From NCBI GenBank assembly GCA_040289115.1, contig PSKS01000003.1, positions 35,515 through 99,514 on the forward strand: a DNA stretch of 64,000 bases, given 5' to 3'. The position numbers were made by a program, and so were the translations under genes. Below, piece by piece: positions 15,459 to 25,161 of the stretch. The stretch is from Chloroflexota bacterium (GTDB lineage: Bacteria > Chloroflexota > Dehalococcoidia > JAUQQI01). The first letter of the stretch is position 1, and every line of letters begins with the position of its first letter. The notes beneath the pieces are model-generated. The model made no database searches. It was given only the letters and a program-made list of their open reading frames with translations, and was not told the DNA's origin.

Positions 15459-16658
15459 CTAGAACACCACCCGTTCCCGCTTAAGGCGGTCGACCTCGGC
15501 GTCGCTGAGGCCGGCGTACTGCCGGAGCACCAGCTCGGTGTCGGCCCCGAGGGGAGCCGGGGGCCGGAGCTCCCCTAAGGGCGAGTCGGCAAGCCGGATG
15601 GGGTTGCCCATTAGCCGGATGGTTCCGTGCTCCGGGTGCGCCACGTCCCGCAGCATCCCCCGGGCCTTAAGGTGGGGGTCGTCGGCCACCTCCCGGACCG
15701 AAAGGACTGGGGCGCACGGAACCCCAACCTCCATCAGGCCCCAGACCACCTCCCAGCGGGTCCGTTGGGAGGTCCAGGCGGCCACGATTTCATCCAGCTC
15801 GTCCATATGCAGGGCCCGGGCCGAGTTGGTCTTAAACCGCTCGTCCGCCAGCAGTTCCGGCCGGCCGATATACCGGGCGAAGGCTTCCCAGTGGCGCTCC
15901 GATACGCAAAAGATGGCCACGTAGCCGTCGGCCGCTGGGTAGACGTTGTACGGGGCCAGGCGCAGGCCGCTGTGGCGGTTGCCGGTCCGTTCCGGGACTT
16001 CCCGAACCGCGTTGTAGAGGGCGCCCAGGGGGGATGCCAGGGCCGGGTAGATGGCGTCGTGCATGGAGACCTCCACCAACTGGCCCCGGCCGGTGAAAAC
16101 TCGCTGGAAGAGGGCCACCATCACCCCGGCAAAGAGGTGGATGCCCCCCATGAAGTCGCAGACGGCCGGCCCGGCCTTCACCGGCGGGCCGTCGGGGAAG
16201 CCGGTAGTGGCCATCACACCGCCCATCGCCTGGACGGTAAGGTCCATGGCCGGGAAGTCGGCATAAGGGCCTGAAAGCCCGAACCCCTTCCCCGAGGCGT
16301 AAATGAGCCTCGGGTTAATCCGGCTTAGGACGTCGTACCCGAGGCCGAGCCGCTCCATCGTCCCCCGTTTGAAGTTCTCGACCAAGACGTCGGCCTTCTC
16401 CGCGAGCTTTAAAAAGACTTGCTTGCCGGCCTCGGCCTTCAGGTCGATGCACAGGCTTAGCTTGTTCGGGTTCAGCATTAAGAACTCGTAGGGCTCCCGG
16501 TCGGCGTCGAAGCCCAGGAGCCGCCGGCGAAGGGGCTCCCCCTCCGGGGGCTCGATTTTAATGACAGTGGCTCCGAAGTAAGCCAGAAGCAGGGAACAGT
16601 AAGCGCCGTTGTAAATCTGACCCAGGTCCAAAACGAGCACATCCTTGAGCGCCTGCAT
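15459..16658 (-). CDS. Family III CoA-transferase (CaiB/BaiF)
   Basis: 399 aa. The N-terminal LDLGQIYNGAYCSLLLAYFGATVIKIEPP is typical of the family. Confidence 0.9.
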   Translation of the reverse strand: MQALKDVLVLDLGQIYNGAYCSLLLAYFGATVIKIEPPEGEPLRRRLLGFDADREPYEFLMLNPNKLSLCIDLKAEAGKQVFLKLAEKADVLVENFKRGTMERLGLGYDVLSRINPRLIYASGKGFGLSGPYADFPAMDLTVQAMGGVMATTGFPDGPPVKAGPAVCDFMGGIHLFAGVMVALFQRVFTGRGQLVEVSMHDAIYPALASPLGALYNAVREVPERTGNRHSGLRLAPYNVYPAADGYVAIFCVSERHWEAFARYIGRPELLADERFKTNSARALHMDELDEIVAAWTSQRTRWEVVWGLMEVGVPCAPVLSVREVADDPHLKARGMLRDVAHPEHGTIRLMGNPIRLADSPLGELRPPAPLGADTELVLRQYAGLSDAEVDRLKRERVVF

Positions 16659-16660
16659 CG

Positions 16661-18283
16661 CTACGCCTCGGCAAGCCAGGTTTCCTCGTGCTTTTCGGTC
16701 AAATAGCGGTTGGACTGAAGCTTAAAGTTTCTCACCGTCCGCCAGTAAAGGGCCCACTCGACGGGGTGGCGAGCGACGATCATTTTAACGCCGGCCGTGA
16801 GCACCCGCTTTTCCAGCTCCCAGACCAGCCGCTTGCGCTCGGTGGGGTCGGTGGTCTGGGACTGGCGCTCGAAGAGGGCATCGATTTCGGGGTCGCAAAC
16901 GCCGGAGTAGTTCCGGGGCGAATTGCAGAGATAGCTCTGACCGAACACGGCGTCGGGGTCGTCCAGGGAAACCCCGTAGCTTCCCAGAGCTACCTCGAAG
17001 TCCCGCCGGTTAAGCCGGTCGTACATCACCCCGAGCTCTTGGATATCCAGGGTCGCCCGGATGCCGACCTTTTCCCACTGGTCCTTGACGAAGACCACAA
17101 TGGGCTCCCAGCCCGCGCCTTTGCGGCCAGTGATGCGGGTTTCGAAGCCGTTGGGGTAACCCGCTTCGGCCAGGAGGCGGCGGGCCTCGGCCCGCTCTTG
17201 CTCCTTGTTACGGCCGAAGCCCGGAATCTTGCGAAGCTCCGCCTCGGGCAGGGCCCACGGGCCGTCGGGGTGCATAATGCCCCCGACTTTGCTGTAGCCC
17301 TGGGTGATCACTTTAACGGCCTCGTCCCGGTCGATGGCCATAAAGGCCGCCAGCCGTACCCTCGGGTCGTCCCAGGGCTTGCGGCGGGCGTTGACGTCGA
17401 CCGTTTGGGTGAGGGTGCCGATAACGTGCTGGATGACCGCTTTATCCCCCAGCTGACGCTTGATGTCGTCCACCGGCGGGTTATAAAACGGCCGGAATAG
17501 GAGGACTTGGCCGGTTATAAAGGCCGAAATTGCCGTGTTTTCGTCGGGAATAATATAGAACTTTATGCCATCCAGGTAGGGGCGGCCGGGGACGTGGTAT
17601 TCGGGGTTTTTGACCAGCTCGATGCTTACGCCCCGGATGTACTCTTTGAACTTAAAGGGACCGGTTCCCACCACATCCCGGCGCATGTTGCCTTTGGCGT
17701 CCAGAATATCCTTGGGGAAAATGACGTTCCAGCCCTGAGCAATATTGGCCAGGAGGGACGGGCTTGGGCGCTTGAGGATGAATTTCACTGTGTAGTCATC
17801 GGGGGTTTCGATGCCGTCCACGGCCGAGAAGACGTCCCGCCGCAGGCTGATGACGCCCTGGGGCGGCCAGATGATGCGCTCAAAGCTGGCCTTGACATCC
17901 TCGGCCTTAAAGGCCTTGCCGTGGTGGAATTTAACGCCGCGCCTTAAGTGAAAGGTGTACACCTTACCGTCGGGGCTTACCTCCCAGCGTTCGGCCAGGT
18001 CGGGGATTATCTTGGTGTGGTCATACGGGTCGAACTGGACCAGCTGGTTGTAGCAGGGGGCCAGGGGGTGCAGGACGGCATAGCTGGACTCCTGGTGGAG
18101 GTCAAAGCTGGGCGGGTCCCCCTCCAGGTGGCCGGTGAGTACGCCCCCGTATCTTGGCTTTTCCTCAGCGGGTGCCGGCTGGGTCGGGGCGGCCGGCTGG
18201 GGGGCGCACCCGAAGACCGCGGCTCCCGTTAGCCCTACCCCGGCCGCCAGAAATTGCCGTCGGGTCAGCCTCCAGTGAAACAT
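16661..18283 (-). CDS. ABC substrate-binding protein, family 5, Tat-lipoprotein leader (orphan)
   Basis: 540 aa. The leader is RLTRRQFLAAGVGLTGAAVFGC. No permease or ATPase is adjacent. Confidence 0.85.
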   Translation of the reverse strand: MFHWRLTRRQFLAAGVGLTGAAVFGCAPQPAAPTQPAPAEEKPRYGGVLTGHLEGDPPSFDLHQESSYAVLHPLAPCYNQLVQFDPYDHTKIIPDLAERWEVSPDGKVYTFHLRRGVKFHHGKAFKAEDVKASFERIIWPPQGVISLRRDVFSAVDGIETPDDYTVKFILKRPSPSLLANIAQGWNVIFPKDILDAKGNMRRDVVGTGPFKFKEYIRGVSIELVKNPEYHVPGRPYLDGIKFYIIPDENTAISAFITGQVLLFRPFYNPPVDDIKRQLGDKAVIQHVIGTLTQTVDVNARRKPWDDPRVRLAAFMAIDRDEAVKVITQGYSKVGGIMHPDGPWALPEAELRKIPGFGRNKEQERAEARRLLAEAGYPNGFETRITGRKGAGWEPIVVFVKDQWEKVGIRATLDIQELGVMYDRLNRRDFEVALGSYGVSLDDPDAVFGQSYLCNSPRNYSGVCDPEIDALFERQSQTTDPTERKRLVWELEKRVLTAGVKMIVARHPVEWALYWRTVRNFKLQSNRYLTEKHEETWLAEA

Positions 18284-18310
18284 GCTTGCCTCCCCCTTCT
18301 GGGTCTGAAC

Positions 18311-19084
18311 CTAAGCTCCGGTGAAGCGGGGCGGCCGCTTCTCGGCAAAGGCGCGCACCGCCTCCTTGGCGTCCGCTGAAGCCCGCAAAATGCGGCTGAT
18401 AGCCGCCTCAAGCCTCAGCCCGTCGTTTATGTGCATATATTGGCTCCGCACCGCCAGCTCCTTCACCGCCCGGACGGCCAGGGGCGGGTTGGCCATGATG
18501 CGCCGGGCGTACTCCTCGGCGGCGGGCATCAGGTCCTTGAGGGGCACCACCTTGTTCACCAGGCCCACCCGGTACGCCTCTTCGGCGGTGATCATGTCAC
18601 CCGTAAGCAGAAGTTCCATGGCTATGCAGTAGGGCAGCTGCCTAAGGGCCCGCTGGGTTCCGCCATTGCCCGGCGGGAAACCCCGCTTTACTTCCGGCAG
18701 GCCGAACTTGGCGTGGTCGGCGGCCACCCGGATGTCGGTGGCAAAGAGGAGGGTAAGCCCGCCCCCGAGGCAATAGCCGTTTACGGCCGCAATCACGGGC
18801 TTCCAGACTTCCAGTCCCCGGTTCAGAATGGGTTCAGCTTGGGTCTGCCAGAACTCCCAGAGCTCCGGCTCCCGGGGGATAGTCTTTTTTAGGTCGGCCC
18901 CGGCGCAGAAGGCCTTATCCCCGGCCCCGGTGATGATGGCTACCCAAATATCCGGGTTGTCCCGGACCTCAATCCAGGCCTCCGAAAGCTCCCGGTAAGT
19001 CTCCGGGTCGAGGGCATTCATTGCTTCTGGCCGGTTGATGGTGATGTAGGCGATGCGGTCCGTAACCTCAAACAAGAGAGCCAT
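18311..19084 (-). CDS. Enoyl-CoA hydratase/isomerase (crotonase) family
   Basis: 257 aa, with AFCAGADLK oxyanion-hole motif. Confidence 0.9.
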   Translation of the reverse strand: MALLFEVTDRIAYITINRPEAMNALDPETYRELSEAWIEVRDNPDIWVAIITGAGDKAFCAGADLKKTIPREPELWEFWQTQAEPILNRGLEVWKPVIAAVNGYCLGGGLTLLFATDIRVAADHAKFGLPEVKRGFPPGNGGTQRALRQLPYCIAMELLLTGDMITAEEAYRVGLVNKVVPLKDLMPAAEEYARRIMANPPLAVRAVKELAVRSQYMHINDGLRLEAAISRILRASADAKEAVRAFAEKRPPRFTGA

Positions 19085-20255
19085 GGTAGCCTCCTGAGAA
19101 GAGCTCCCGAGCGATGATGAGCCGTTGGACCTCCGTCGGCCCCTCGCCGATGCGCCGGATCCGCAGTTCCCGGAACCAGCGCTCCAGGGGCAGGTCCTTG
19201 CTTACCCCATAGCCCCCGTGGATCTGAATGGCCCGGTCCACGACCCGGAAGGCGGCCTCCGTGGCGAAGGCCTTGGCGATGGCCGTCTCAAACCGGTAGG
19301 CCCGGGCGTCCTTTACCCGGTCGGCCTTGTCGGCCGCCTGGAGGATGAGCCAGCGGGCCGACCGAATTTCGATCTCGCTGTCGATAAGCATCCACTGGAT
19401 CGCCTGCCGGGTGGAAAGGGGCGCCCCGAAGGTTTCCCGCTGCCGGGCATAATCGATGGCCATCCGCTGGGCCGCCACCGCTACCCCAAGGCTGGCCGCC
19501 GAGTAGGTTATCCGGTTGCGGGTAAGCACCTCGTTGGCGATGTCCAGCCCCTGCCCCTCTTCCCCAAGGATGTTGCCCGCGGGCACCCTCACCCCGTCCA
19601 GGGTTATCTCGGTGGCGTATTCGGCTGACCGTAGGGTGTGGACGATGCGGCGGATGCTGAAGCCGGGCATATGGGTCTCCACGATAAAGCAGGTGATCCC
19701 CTGCCGGCCCTTCGTCGGGTCGGTCCGGGCGTAGACCAGGCCGAAGTCGGCCCGGTCAGCCCCGGAAATGAAGACCTTGCTCCCGGTAATCACCCAGTAG
19801 TCCCCGTCTCGGACGGCCTTGGTCTGGATGGCCCGGGCTGGGTCGGAGCCACCCGAAGGTTCCGTCAGGGCAAAGAAGCCTCGCTTCTCGCCCCGGAGCA
19901 TCGGGTAGAGATATTTCTGGCGCTGCTCCTCGGTCCCCCGGTAGAGCTGGGCCAGGCCCACGGTCCCAAAGACCCCGTAGGCCGGGGCGTAGAGGCCGGC
20001 CCGGTGCTGGGAGAGCTCCTCGAATACCAGGGCCAGTGTCACCGTGTCCAGCCCGGGCCCCCCGAACTCGGCCGGCACGTCCAGCCCGTAAAGGCCCATC
20101 TCTCGGACCTTTTTGGTCAGTCGTTCCTCATCCTCCGGCGGAAGCTCAAAGGCGTCGGGGTCCAGGTCCCGCTCCAAGGGTATGATCTCCTCCTGGATGA
20201 ACCGGCGCACCGTCTGGACGACCATACGCTGTTCTTCGCTGGGTTGCAGGTCCAC
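19068..20255 (-). CDS. Acyl-CoA dehydrogenase
   Basis: 395 aa. Conserved ACAD N/M/C domains, with C-terminal RIGEGPTEVQRLIIAREL. Confidence 0.9.
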   Translation of the reverse strand: MDLQPSEEQRMVVQTVRRFIQEEIIPLERDLDPDAFELPPEDEERLTKKVREMGLYGLDVPAEFGGPGLDTVTLALVFEELSQHRAGLYAPAYGVFGTVGLAQLYRGTEEQRQKYLYPMLRGEKRGFFALTEPSGGSDPARAIQTKAVRDGDYWVITGSKVFISGADRADFGLVYARTDPTKGRQGITCFIVETHMPGFSIRRIVHTLRSAEYATEITLDGVRVPAGNILGEEGQGLDIANEVLTRNRITYSAASLGVAVAAQRMAIDYARQRETFGAPLSTRQAIQWMLIDSEIEIRSARWLILQAADKADRVKDARAYRFETAIAKAFATEAAFRVVDRAIQIHGGYGVSKDLPLERWFRELRIRRIGEGPTEVQRLIIARELFSGGYHGSLV

Positions 20256-20276
20256 GGCATAACCTCCGACGCAAGG

Positions 20277-20654
20277 TTAAGGCTGCCACCGGCCGGTGAC
20301 GGGCGAAAGGTGGAAGCGGCCCAGCTTCGGGGGCCGGTCGCCCGTCGCCCGGTTTCCCGGGGGCAAATCGTAGTGGGCTTCATAGTAAAGGGTTAAAAGC
20401 TCGTACCAGCGGCTCAAATAGGCGGAGGTAACCTCATAGCGGTAAAGGGCCGCTTCGGCCCGGGTTACCGGGTTGGGATTTTCCGGACCGAAGTGGCGCG
20501 CAATCTCACCCCGCAGGCCGAAAAGGGACCGGCCACCGGCATAGCCGATATAGAGGGTGCGGCCCTGAGGGTCGGCCACCTCGTAGACCCCCAAGGTGGC
20601 CGGGATCGCCTTAAGGTTGGCCGGGTCGAAAGGTTGCCACGGCTTACGCAGCAT
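20277..20654 (-). CDS. Small stand-alone GIY-YIG-like domain protein
   Basis: 125 aa. GVYEVADPQGRTLYIGYAGGRSLFGLRGEIARHF matches the GIY...YIG...R pattern, and the later YELLTLYYEAHYDLPPGN matches the E...N pattern. Confidence 0.55.
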   Translation of the reverse strand: MLRKPWQPFDPANLKAIPATLGVYEVADPQGRTLYIGYAGGRSLFGLRGEIARHFGPENPNPVTRAEAALYRYEVTSAYLSRWYELLTLYYEAHYDLPPGNRATGDRPPKLGRFHLSPVTGRWQP

Positions 20655-20664
20655 CGGCGGCTCC

Positions 20665-21102
20665 TCAATCCACCACGGCGTCGGCCCGTTCCCAGACCTC
20701 CACCGGGCGGAATTTGACCAGGGTGACCTCCTCGGTTAGGGGCTCGTAGACCGCCTCCACCGGCATCCCCACGTAGATCTCGTCGTTGCGGCAGCCGACG
20801 ATGTTCGTCACCAGCCGCGGGCCCTCCACCAACTCTACCACCGCCACGTTGTAGGGCAGCCGGTCTTTGAACGCGGGGTGAAAAGCCTGGTGGAACACCA
20901 CAAAGCTGTAGACCGTTCCCCGCCCGGAGACCGGCTCCCAGTCCGCCTCCTCCGAAAGACACCAGTAGCAGTGGTGGGCTGGGGGGTACCGCCAGCGGCC
21001 GCAGTCCCTGCACCTTTGAAGCTTCAGCCGTCCGGCCCGGGCCGACTCCCAGAAGGACCGGTTCTGGTCGGTGATTTCGGGTAATGGCCGTTCGATATTC
21101 AC
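20665..21102 (-). CDS. DUF35 Zn-ribbon/OB-fold protein (thiolase partner)
   Basis: 145 aa. CRDCGRWRYPPAHHCYWC zinc ribbon followed by an OB-fold. It overlaps the thiolase stop by 4 nt. Confidence 0.85.
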   Translation of the reverse strand: MNIERPLPEITDQNRSFWESARAGRLKLQRCRDCGRWRYPPAHHCYWCLSEEADWEPVSGRGTVYSFVVFHQAFHPAFKDRLPYNVAVVELVEGPRLVTNIVGCRNDEIYVGMPVEAVYEPLTEEVTLVKFRPVEVWERADAVVD

Positions 21103-22253
21103 CGCTCCCGCCCCAAAACTAAGGTTGCGTGGGTGGTCATGATGCCACCCTGGTTACTCACCACCGCAATTTTGGCGTCGGGCACCTGCCGGGGTCCGGC
21201 CTCGCCCCGGAGCTGGCGGACCGCCTCGACGATAAGCTGCATGCCCGGCATACCGGTCTCGGCCAGGAGGCCCCCGCTGGTGTTCATGGGGAGCTCGCCC
21301 CCAAGCTCGATGCGGCCGCCCTCGACGAAGGCCCCGCCCTCCCCCTTCTGGCAGAACCCGTAGTCCTCAAGGGTGATGATAGGCACAATGGTGAAGCAGT
21401 CGTAAAGCTGAACAACATCCACATCCTTTGGGGTAATTCCGGCCATCTCGAAGGCGATGCGGCCCGATTCTCTGGCACCGCTGGTGGTCCAGTCTTCACG
21501 CAGGACCAGGTCCTTGGCGGGATGTGACTGCCCGACCCCGAGGATGTAAACGGGGGGCTTTTTCAGATCCCGGGCCCGCTCCTCGGAGGTAACCACCACC
21601 GCCGCCCCGCCGTCGGTTATGGGACAGCAATCGTAAAGGCGCAGGGGCTCCACGACAAACCGGCTCTTAAAGTAGTCTTCTATAGTTATTGGCTCCCGGA
21701 ACTGGGCGTTGGGGTTAAGGGCGGCATGCTTGCGGCAGGCGATGGCCACGGCCGCCAGTTGCTCGGGCTTTAGTCCGAACTCGGCCATGTAGCGGCGGGT
21801 GATCAGGGCGTAGCCGGCGGGGGCGCCCATCAGGCCGTAGGCGGCCTCGTCCCCGCTGATCCGCCGATAGGCGGCCCGGGAACCGGTGAGGGGATTGTCC
21901 CCGTAGCTGCAGACCACCACCTCGGCCATCCCGGCCTCGATGACGCTCATCGCATACCAGATTAGGCCAATGTTGGAGGCGCCGGCCTGGTCTATGGTCG
22001 CCGTAACCTTTGGGGATAGTCCGAGGGCCTGGGAGACCCTGGCGCTGTAAAGCATCTGGAAGTCCGAGGTGGGTGCCTTGGTGAGTACCCCGTCCACCTG
22101 GTTTTTGGTGAGACCGGCGTCGTCTAAGGCCCGGCGGATGGCCTCAACGTTAAGGGCGACGTGGGACCAGCCGGGAAGCTTGCCATAGGGGGTGTTACCG
22201 ACCCCGACGATGCAGTAGCGGCGGCGAAAGGGCCATTTGGCGGTTGTTGGCAT
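21099..22253 (-). CDS. Thiolase-like (SCP-x / lipid-transfer type) protein
   Basis: 384 aa with a thiolase fold. The pairing with DUF35 is typical. Confidence 0.85.
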   Translation of the reverse strand: MPTTAKWPFRRRYCIVGVGNTPYGKLPGWSHVALNVEAIRRALDDAGLTKNQVDGVLTKAPTSDFQMLYSARVSQALGLSPKVTATIDQAGASNIGLIWYAMSVIEAGMAEVVVCSYGDNPLTGSRAAYRRISGDEAAYGLMGAPAGYALITRRYMAEFGLKPEQLAAVAIACRKHAALNPNAQFREPITIEDYFKSRFVVEPLRLYDCCPITDGGAAVVVTSEERARDLKKPPVYILGVGQSHPAKDLVLREDWTTSGARESGRIAFEMAGITPKDVDVVQLYDCFTIVPIITLEDYGFCQKGEGGAFVEGGRIELGGELPMNTSGGLLAETGMPGMQLIVEAVRQLRGEAGPRQVPDAKIAVVSNQGGIMTTHATLVLGRER

Positions 22254-22296
22254 CGCTTGAGCCCCGAAATTGAGCGGTAGACTCCGGGTCCTTTAG

Positions 22297-22325
22297 ACTG
22301 TACGCCAGGGCCCCAGGTATGTCAA
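22297..22325 (-). promoter_or_regulatory. Promoter of the acyl-CoA catabolic operon
   Basis: Minus strand TTGACA (22325..22320), 17 nt, TACAGT (22302..22297). Confidence 0.6.
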
Positions 22326-22567
22326 CCGGTGCACCCGCAAAGTCAGCCCACCGGACCAACTAACGGGCCGACTCCGGCCCCGGTGCTGGCCACCGGGCTA
22401 ACAAGTCGACCAGCAGGTCGGGGCCGATGGTCCGGTCAGCCCCAGCCCGAAGAGGCAAGCCACCTCCAACACGACCGTGCCAAGGGCCCCAGAGATGCTG
22501 GAGCCAAGCCTCCACCCTCAACAGGACCGGCCCGGAGCATCCCTGGGTGCATCGGCCGGAGGCTGGA

Positions 22568-22807
22568 CTACTTCAAGGCTGCGTAGCCGACGGCTGCGGT
22601 CCCCAGGCCGGGCCCGGCGGCGGCCTTGGTCGCTGCGCCGAGTTCAGCCCACCAAACGGGGTACCGGGCGATGGTGCCGGCGGCGGGGGTCGTCTCGGTG
22701 GCCGGCGCGTTAGAAGCGCCCGGCCCGGCCTGCCCCGGGGCCGTGCGACCAGGCCCGCAGGATGGCGGCCGCAGTAAGCTGACCCCCAAAGGAGCCGACC
22801 CCATCAT
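22568..22807 (-). CDS. Hypothetical small Ala/Gly/Pro-rich protein (79 aa)
   Basis: ATG 22807 is preceded by GGGGAGGA with 6-nt spacing. No recognisable domain. The composition is also what a GC-rich non-coding frame would give. Confidence 0.3.
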   Translation of the reverse strand: MMGSAPLGVSLLRPPSCGPGRTAPGQAGPGASNAPATETTPAAGTIARYPVWWAELGAATKAAAGPGLGTAAVGYAALK

Positions 22808-22864
22808 GGGAGGTCCTCCCCGAGGGATGGGCCAACTACGGCCTCCGCGGGCCCCTTAGCCGCC

Positions 22865-22893
22865 TTGACGGTAGGCCATTGTTGGAGATAATT
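22865..22893 (+). promoter_or_regulatory. mntH promoter
   Basis: TTGACG (22865-22870), 17 nt, ATAATT (22888-22893), within an AT-rich island. Confidence 0.6.
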
Positions 22894-22898
22894 TTAAA

Positions 22899-22930
22899 TG
22901 TGAATTTAATGCCAATTAAAGATATTCACA
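22899..22930. promoter_or_regulatory. Candidate metalloregulator operator
   Basis: TGTGAAT (22899-22905) and ATTCACA (22924-22930) form an inverted repeat with a nested TTAAT..ATTAA. It lies between the -10 box and the mntH start. Confidence 0.4.
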
Positions 22931-22936
22931 GGTAAG

Positions 22937-24268
22937 GTGCCGAGTATGGGGCCTAAAACGGGTGTCCGGGGCCTCTTCCGGCAGCTCCTTGATGACGCCG
23001 CCACGCGCCGACTGGCCCAGGGGGTCCTTACGGGGCAAGTCGCCCTCCCCTTCTGGCGGCGGCTCCTCGCCTTCCTGGGGCCGGCCTTTGTGGCCTCGGT
23101 CGCCTACATGGACCCGGGGAACTTTGCCACCAACATATCCGCTGGGGCCCGCTACGGCAACATGCTCCTGTGGGTAGTGGTTATGAGCAACCTGATGGCG
23201 ATGCTCATTCAGGCCCTGTCGGCCAAGCTGGGCATCGCCACCGGCCGCAGCCTGCCGGAGCTCATCCGGGACCACTTCCCCCGGCCCCTGGTAATCTTCC
23301 TGTGGGTGGTTGCCGAGCTGGTGGCCATGGCTACGGACCTAGCCGAGTTCCTCGGGGCGGCCCTGGGCCTCAACCTCCTATTTGGGATCCCGATGTTCCC
23401 GGCCGCCCTCCTGACCGGGGTCCTCGCTTTTGTTATCCTGAGTCTGGAGCACTACGGCTTTCGCCCCCTCGAGGCCACCATTACCCTGTTCGTCGGGGTC
23501 ATCGCCCTCTGCTACTTCATCGAGGTCGGCTTCTTCACCCACCCCGACTGGGCTGAGGTGGGCTTGGCCGTTCTGCACCCGACCCTTACCGACAGCGAAA
23601 GCCTGCTTCTGGCGGTGGGAATTCTGGGGGCGACGGTCATGCCCCACGTGATTTACCTACATTCGGCCCTAACCCAGGGCCGGGTCGTCGTCCGGACTGA
23701 GGCCGCCAAACGGTTACTGTTTCGCTACGAGCTTATCGATGTGGTCCTGGCCATGGGCGTAGCTGGCCTTATAAACGGGGCGATGCTCATAATGGCCGCC
23801 GCCACCTTCCACCAGGGCGGCTTTCACGAGCTGACCGAGCTTACGGATGCTTACCTTACCCTCCGGCCGCTGCTGGGACCCCTGGCCGCCACCGTGTTCG
23901 CCGTGGCCCTCCTGGCCTCGGGCCTTTCTTCCTCGACGGTGGGGACCATGGCCGGACAGGTAATTATGCAGGGGTTTCTGCGGCGCAAGATCCCCGTCTG
24001 GTTGCGGCGGCTGGTCACCATGCTCCCGGCCATTGGGGTTGTCGGGGCCGGCTTTGACCCAACCCGGGCCCTGGTCTTGAGCCAGGTAGTCCTCTCCTTC
24101 GGCATTCCCTTCGCGCTAATCCCCCTCATCATTTTCACCTGTCGCCGGGAGCTCATGGGTTCTTTGGTCAACTCCCGCCGCACCACCGCCGCCGTCGCCG
24201 TCGTTGCCGTCGTCATCGTCGGTCTTAACCTTTTCCTCCTATACCGCACCCTTATCGAGGGCCCATGA
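22937..24268 (+). CDS. mntH: Nramp-family divalent metal (Mn/Fe) transporter
   Basis: 443 aa with the DPGNFATN Nramp signature and 11-12 TM segments. ATG 22946 has the better SD spacing (AGGTAAGG). Confidence 0.9.
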   Translation: MPSMGPKTGVRGLFRQLLDDAATRRLAQGVLTGQVALPFWRRLLAFLGPAFVASVAYMDPGNFATNISAGARYGNMLLWVVVMSNLMAMLIQALSAKLGIATGRSLPELIRDHFPRPLVIFLWVVAELVAMATDLAEFLGAALGLNLLFGIPMFPAALLTGVLAFVILSLEHYGFRPLEATITLFVGVIALCYFIEVGFFTHPDWAEVGLAVLHPTLTDSESLLLAVGILGATVMPHVIYLHSALTQGRVVVRTEAAKRLLFRYELIDVVLAMGVAGLINGAMLIMAAATFHQGGFHELTELTDAYLTLRPLLGPLAATVFAVALLASGLSSSTVGTMAGQVIMQGFLRRKIPVWLRRLVTMLPAIGVVGAGFDPTRALVLSQVVLSFGIPFALIPLIIFTCRRELMGSLVNSRRTTAAVAVVAVVIVGLNLFLLYRTLIEGP

Positions 24269-25161
24269 GCCGGCTCAGGCGCCTGCTCCTGCCCCTCGAC
24301 GGCTCCCGGCCGGCGGAGGCCGCCCTGGGCCTCGGGGCCTTTCTGGCCCGCCGCCTAGGGGCCGAGCTGGTCCTGCTCCACGTCCTGGAGCGCCGGCCCC
24401 CGGAGCGGGTCCACGGCCAGCCCCACCTCCGTTCGGCACCAGAGGCCCAGGCTTACCTGGACCGGGTAGCCGCCCGACTTCGGGAGCAGGACCTTAAGGT
24501 CGAAACCCACCTCCACGCCGAACCGGAAGCCGACGTTGCTGCCGCCATTGCTGCCCATATCCGGGAGCAGGCCGGGGACCTGGTGGTGATGAGTACCCAC
24601 GGCCAGGGTGGGGTGCGGGGCTGGGCCCTGGGCAGCATCGCCCAGCAGGTGGTCCGGCGGGGCTGTCCGGTGCTACTGGTTCGGCCGGAAGCCCCGGCCG
24701 GTCCCCCCGAGGCTGTGGAACGGGTGGTGGTGCCCCTCGACGGAACCTCAACGGGGGAGGCTGCCCTGCCCATGGCCGCCGCCGTCGCCGCCGGCTGCGG
24801 CCTGCCGGTCACCCTCATCACCGTGGTGCCTTCGGTCCGAACCCTCCAGCCCGAGCGCCGGCCGGTTGCGGCCTTCCTGCCCGGGACTACGGCGGCCTTC
24901 CTCGACCTGGAAGCCGAAGCGGCCGACCAGTATCTAAAGGAGGTTAGCCGTCGCCTGGAGGCGGAGTTCGGCCTCCGGGCGGCCACCGAAGTCCGCCGCG
25001 GCCACCCGGCGGCCGAACTAGCCCGGGTCACCGGACGGGAGACCCTCCTGGTGATGGCTACCAGGGGCAGGTACGGCCTGGGCGGCCTCTGGGCGGGGAG
25101 TGTGTCGGCCCGGGTGGTAGCCGCTACTCGGGGGCCGGTTCTGTTGGTGCCGGCGCCTTAG
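24265..25161 (+). CDS. Universal stress protein, tandem UspA domains
   Basis: 298 aa. Two repeats of ...LLPLDGS...VMSTHG/VMATRG...GSV...VLLV. Confidence 0.85.
   Translation: MSRLRRLLLPLDGSRPAEAALGLGAFLARRLGAELVLLHVLERRPPERVHGQPHLRSAPEAQAYLDRVAARLREQDLKVETHLHAEPEADVAAAIAAHIREQAGDLVVMSTHGQGGVRGWALGSIAQQVVRRGCPVLLVRPEAPAGPPEAVERVVVPLDGTSTGEAALPMAAAVAAGCGLPVTLITVVPSVRTLQPERRPVAAFLPGTTAAFLDLEAEAADQYLKEVSRRLEAEFGLRAATEVRRGHPAAELARVTGRETLLVMATRGRYGLGGLWAGSVSARVVAATRGPVLLVPAP

Noticed and set aside
22894-22945. Mn-sensing yybP-ykoY riboswitch in front of mntH.
   Set aside because: The predicted promoter leaves only a ~45-nt 5' UTR, which is too short for that aptamer. A DNA operator is more likely.
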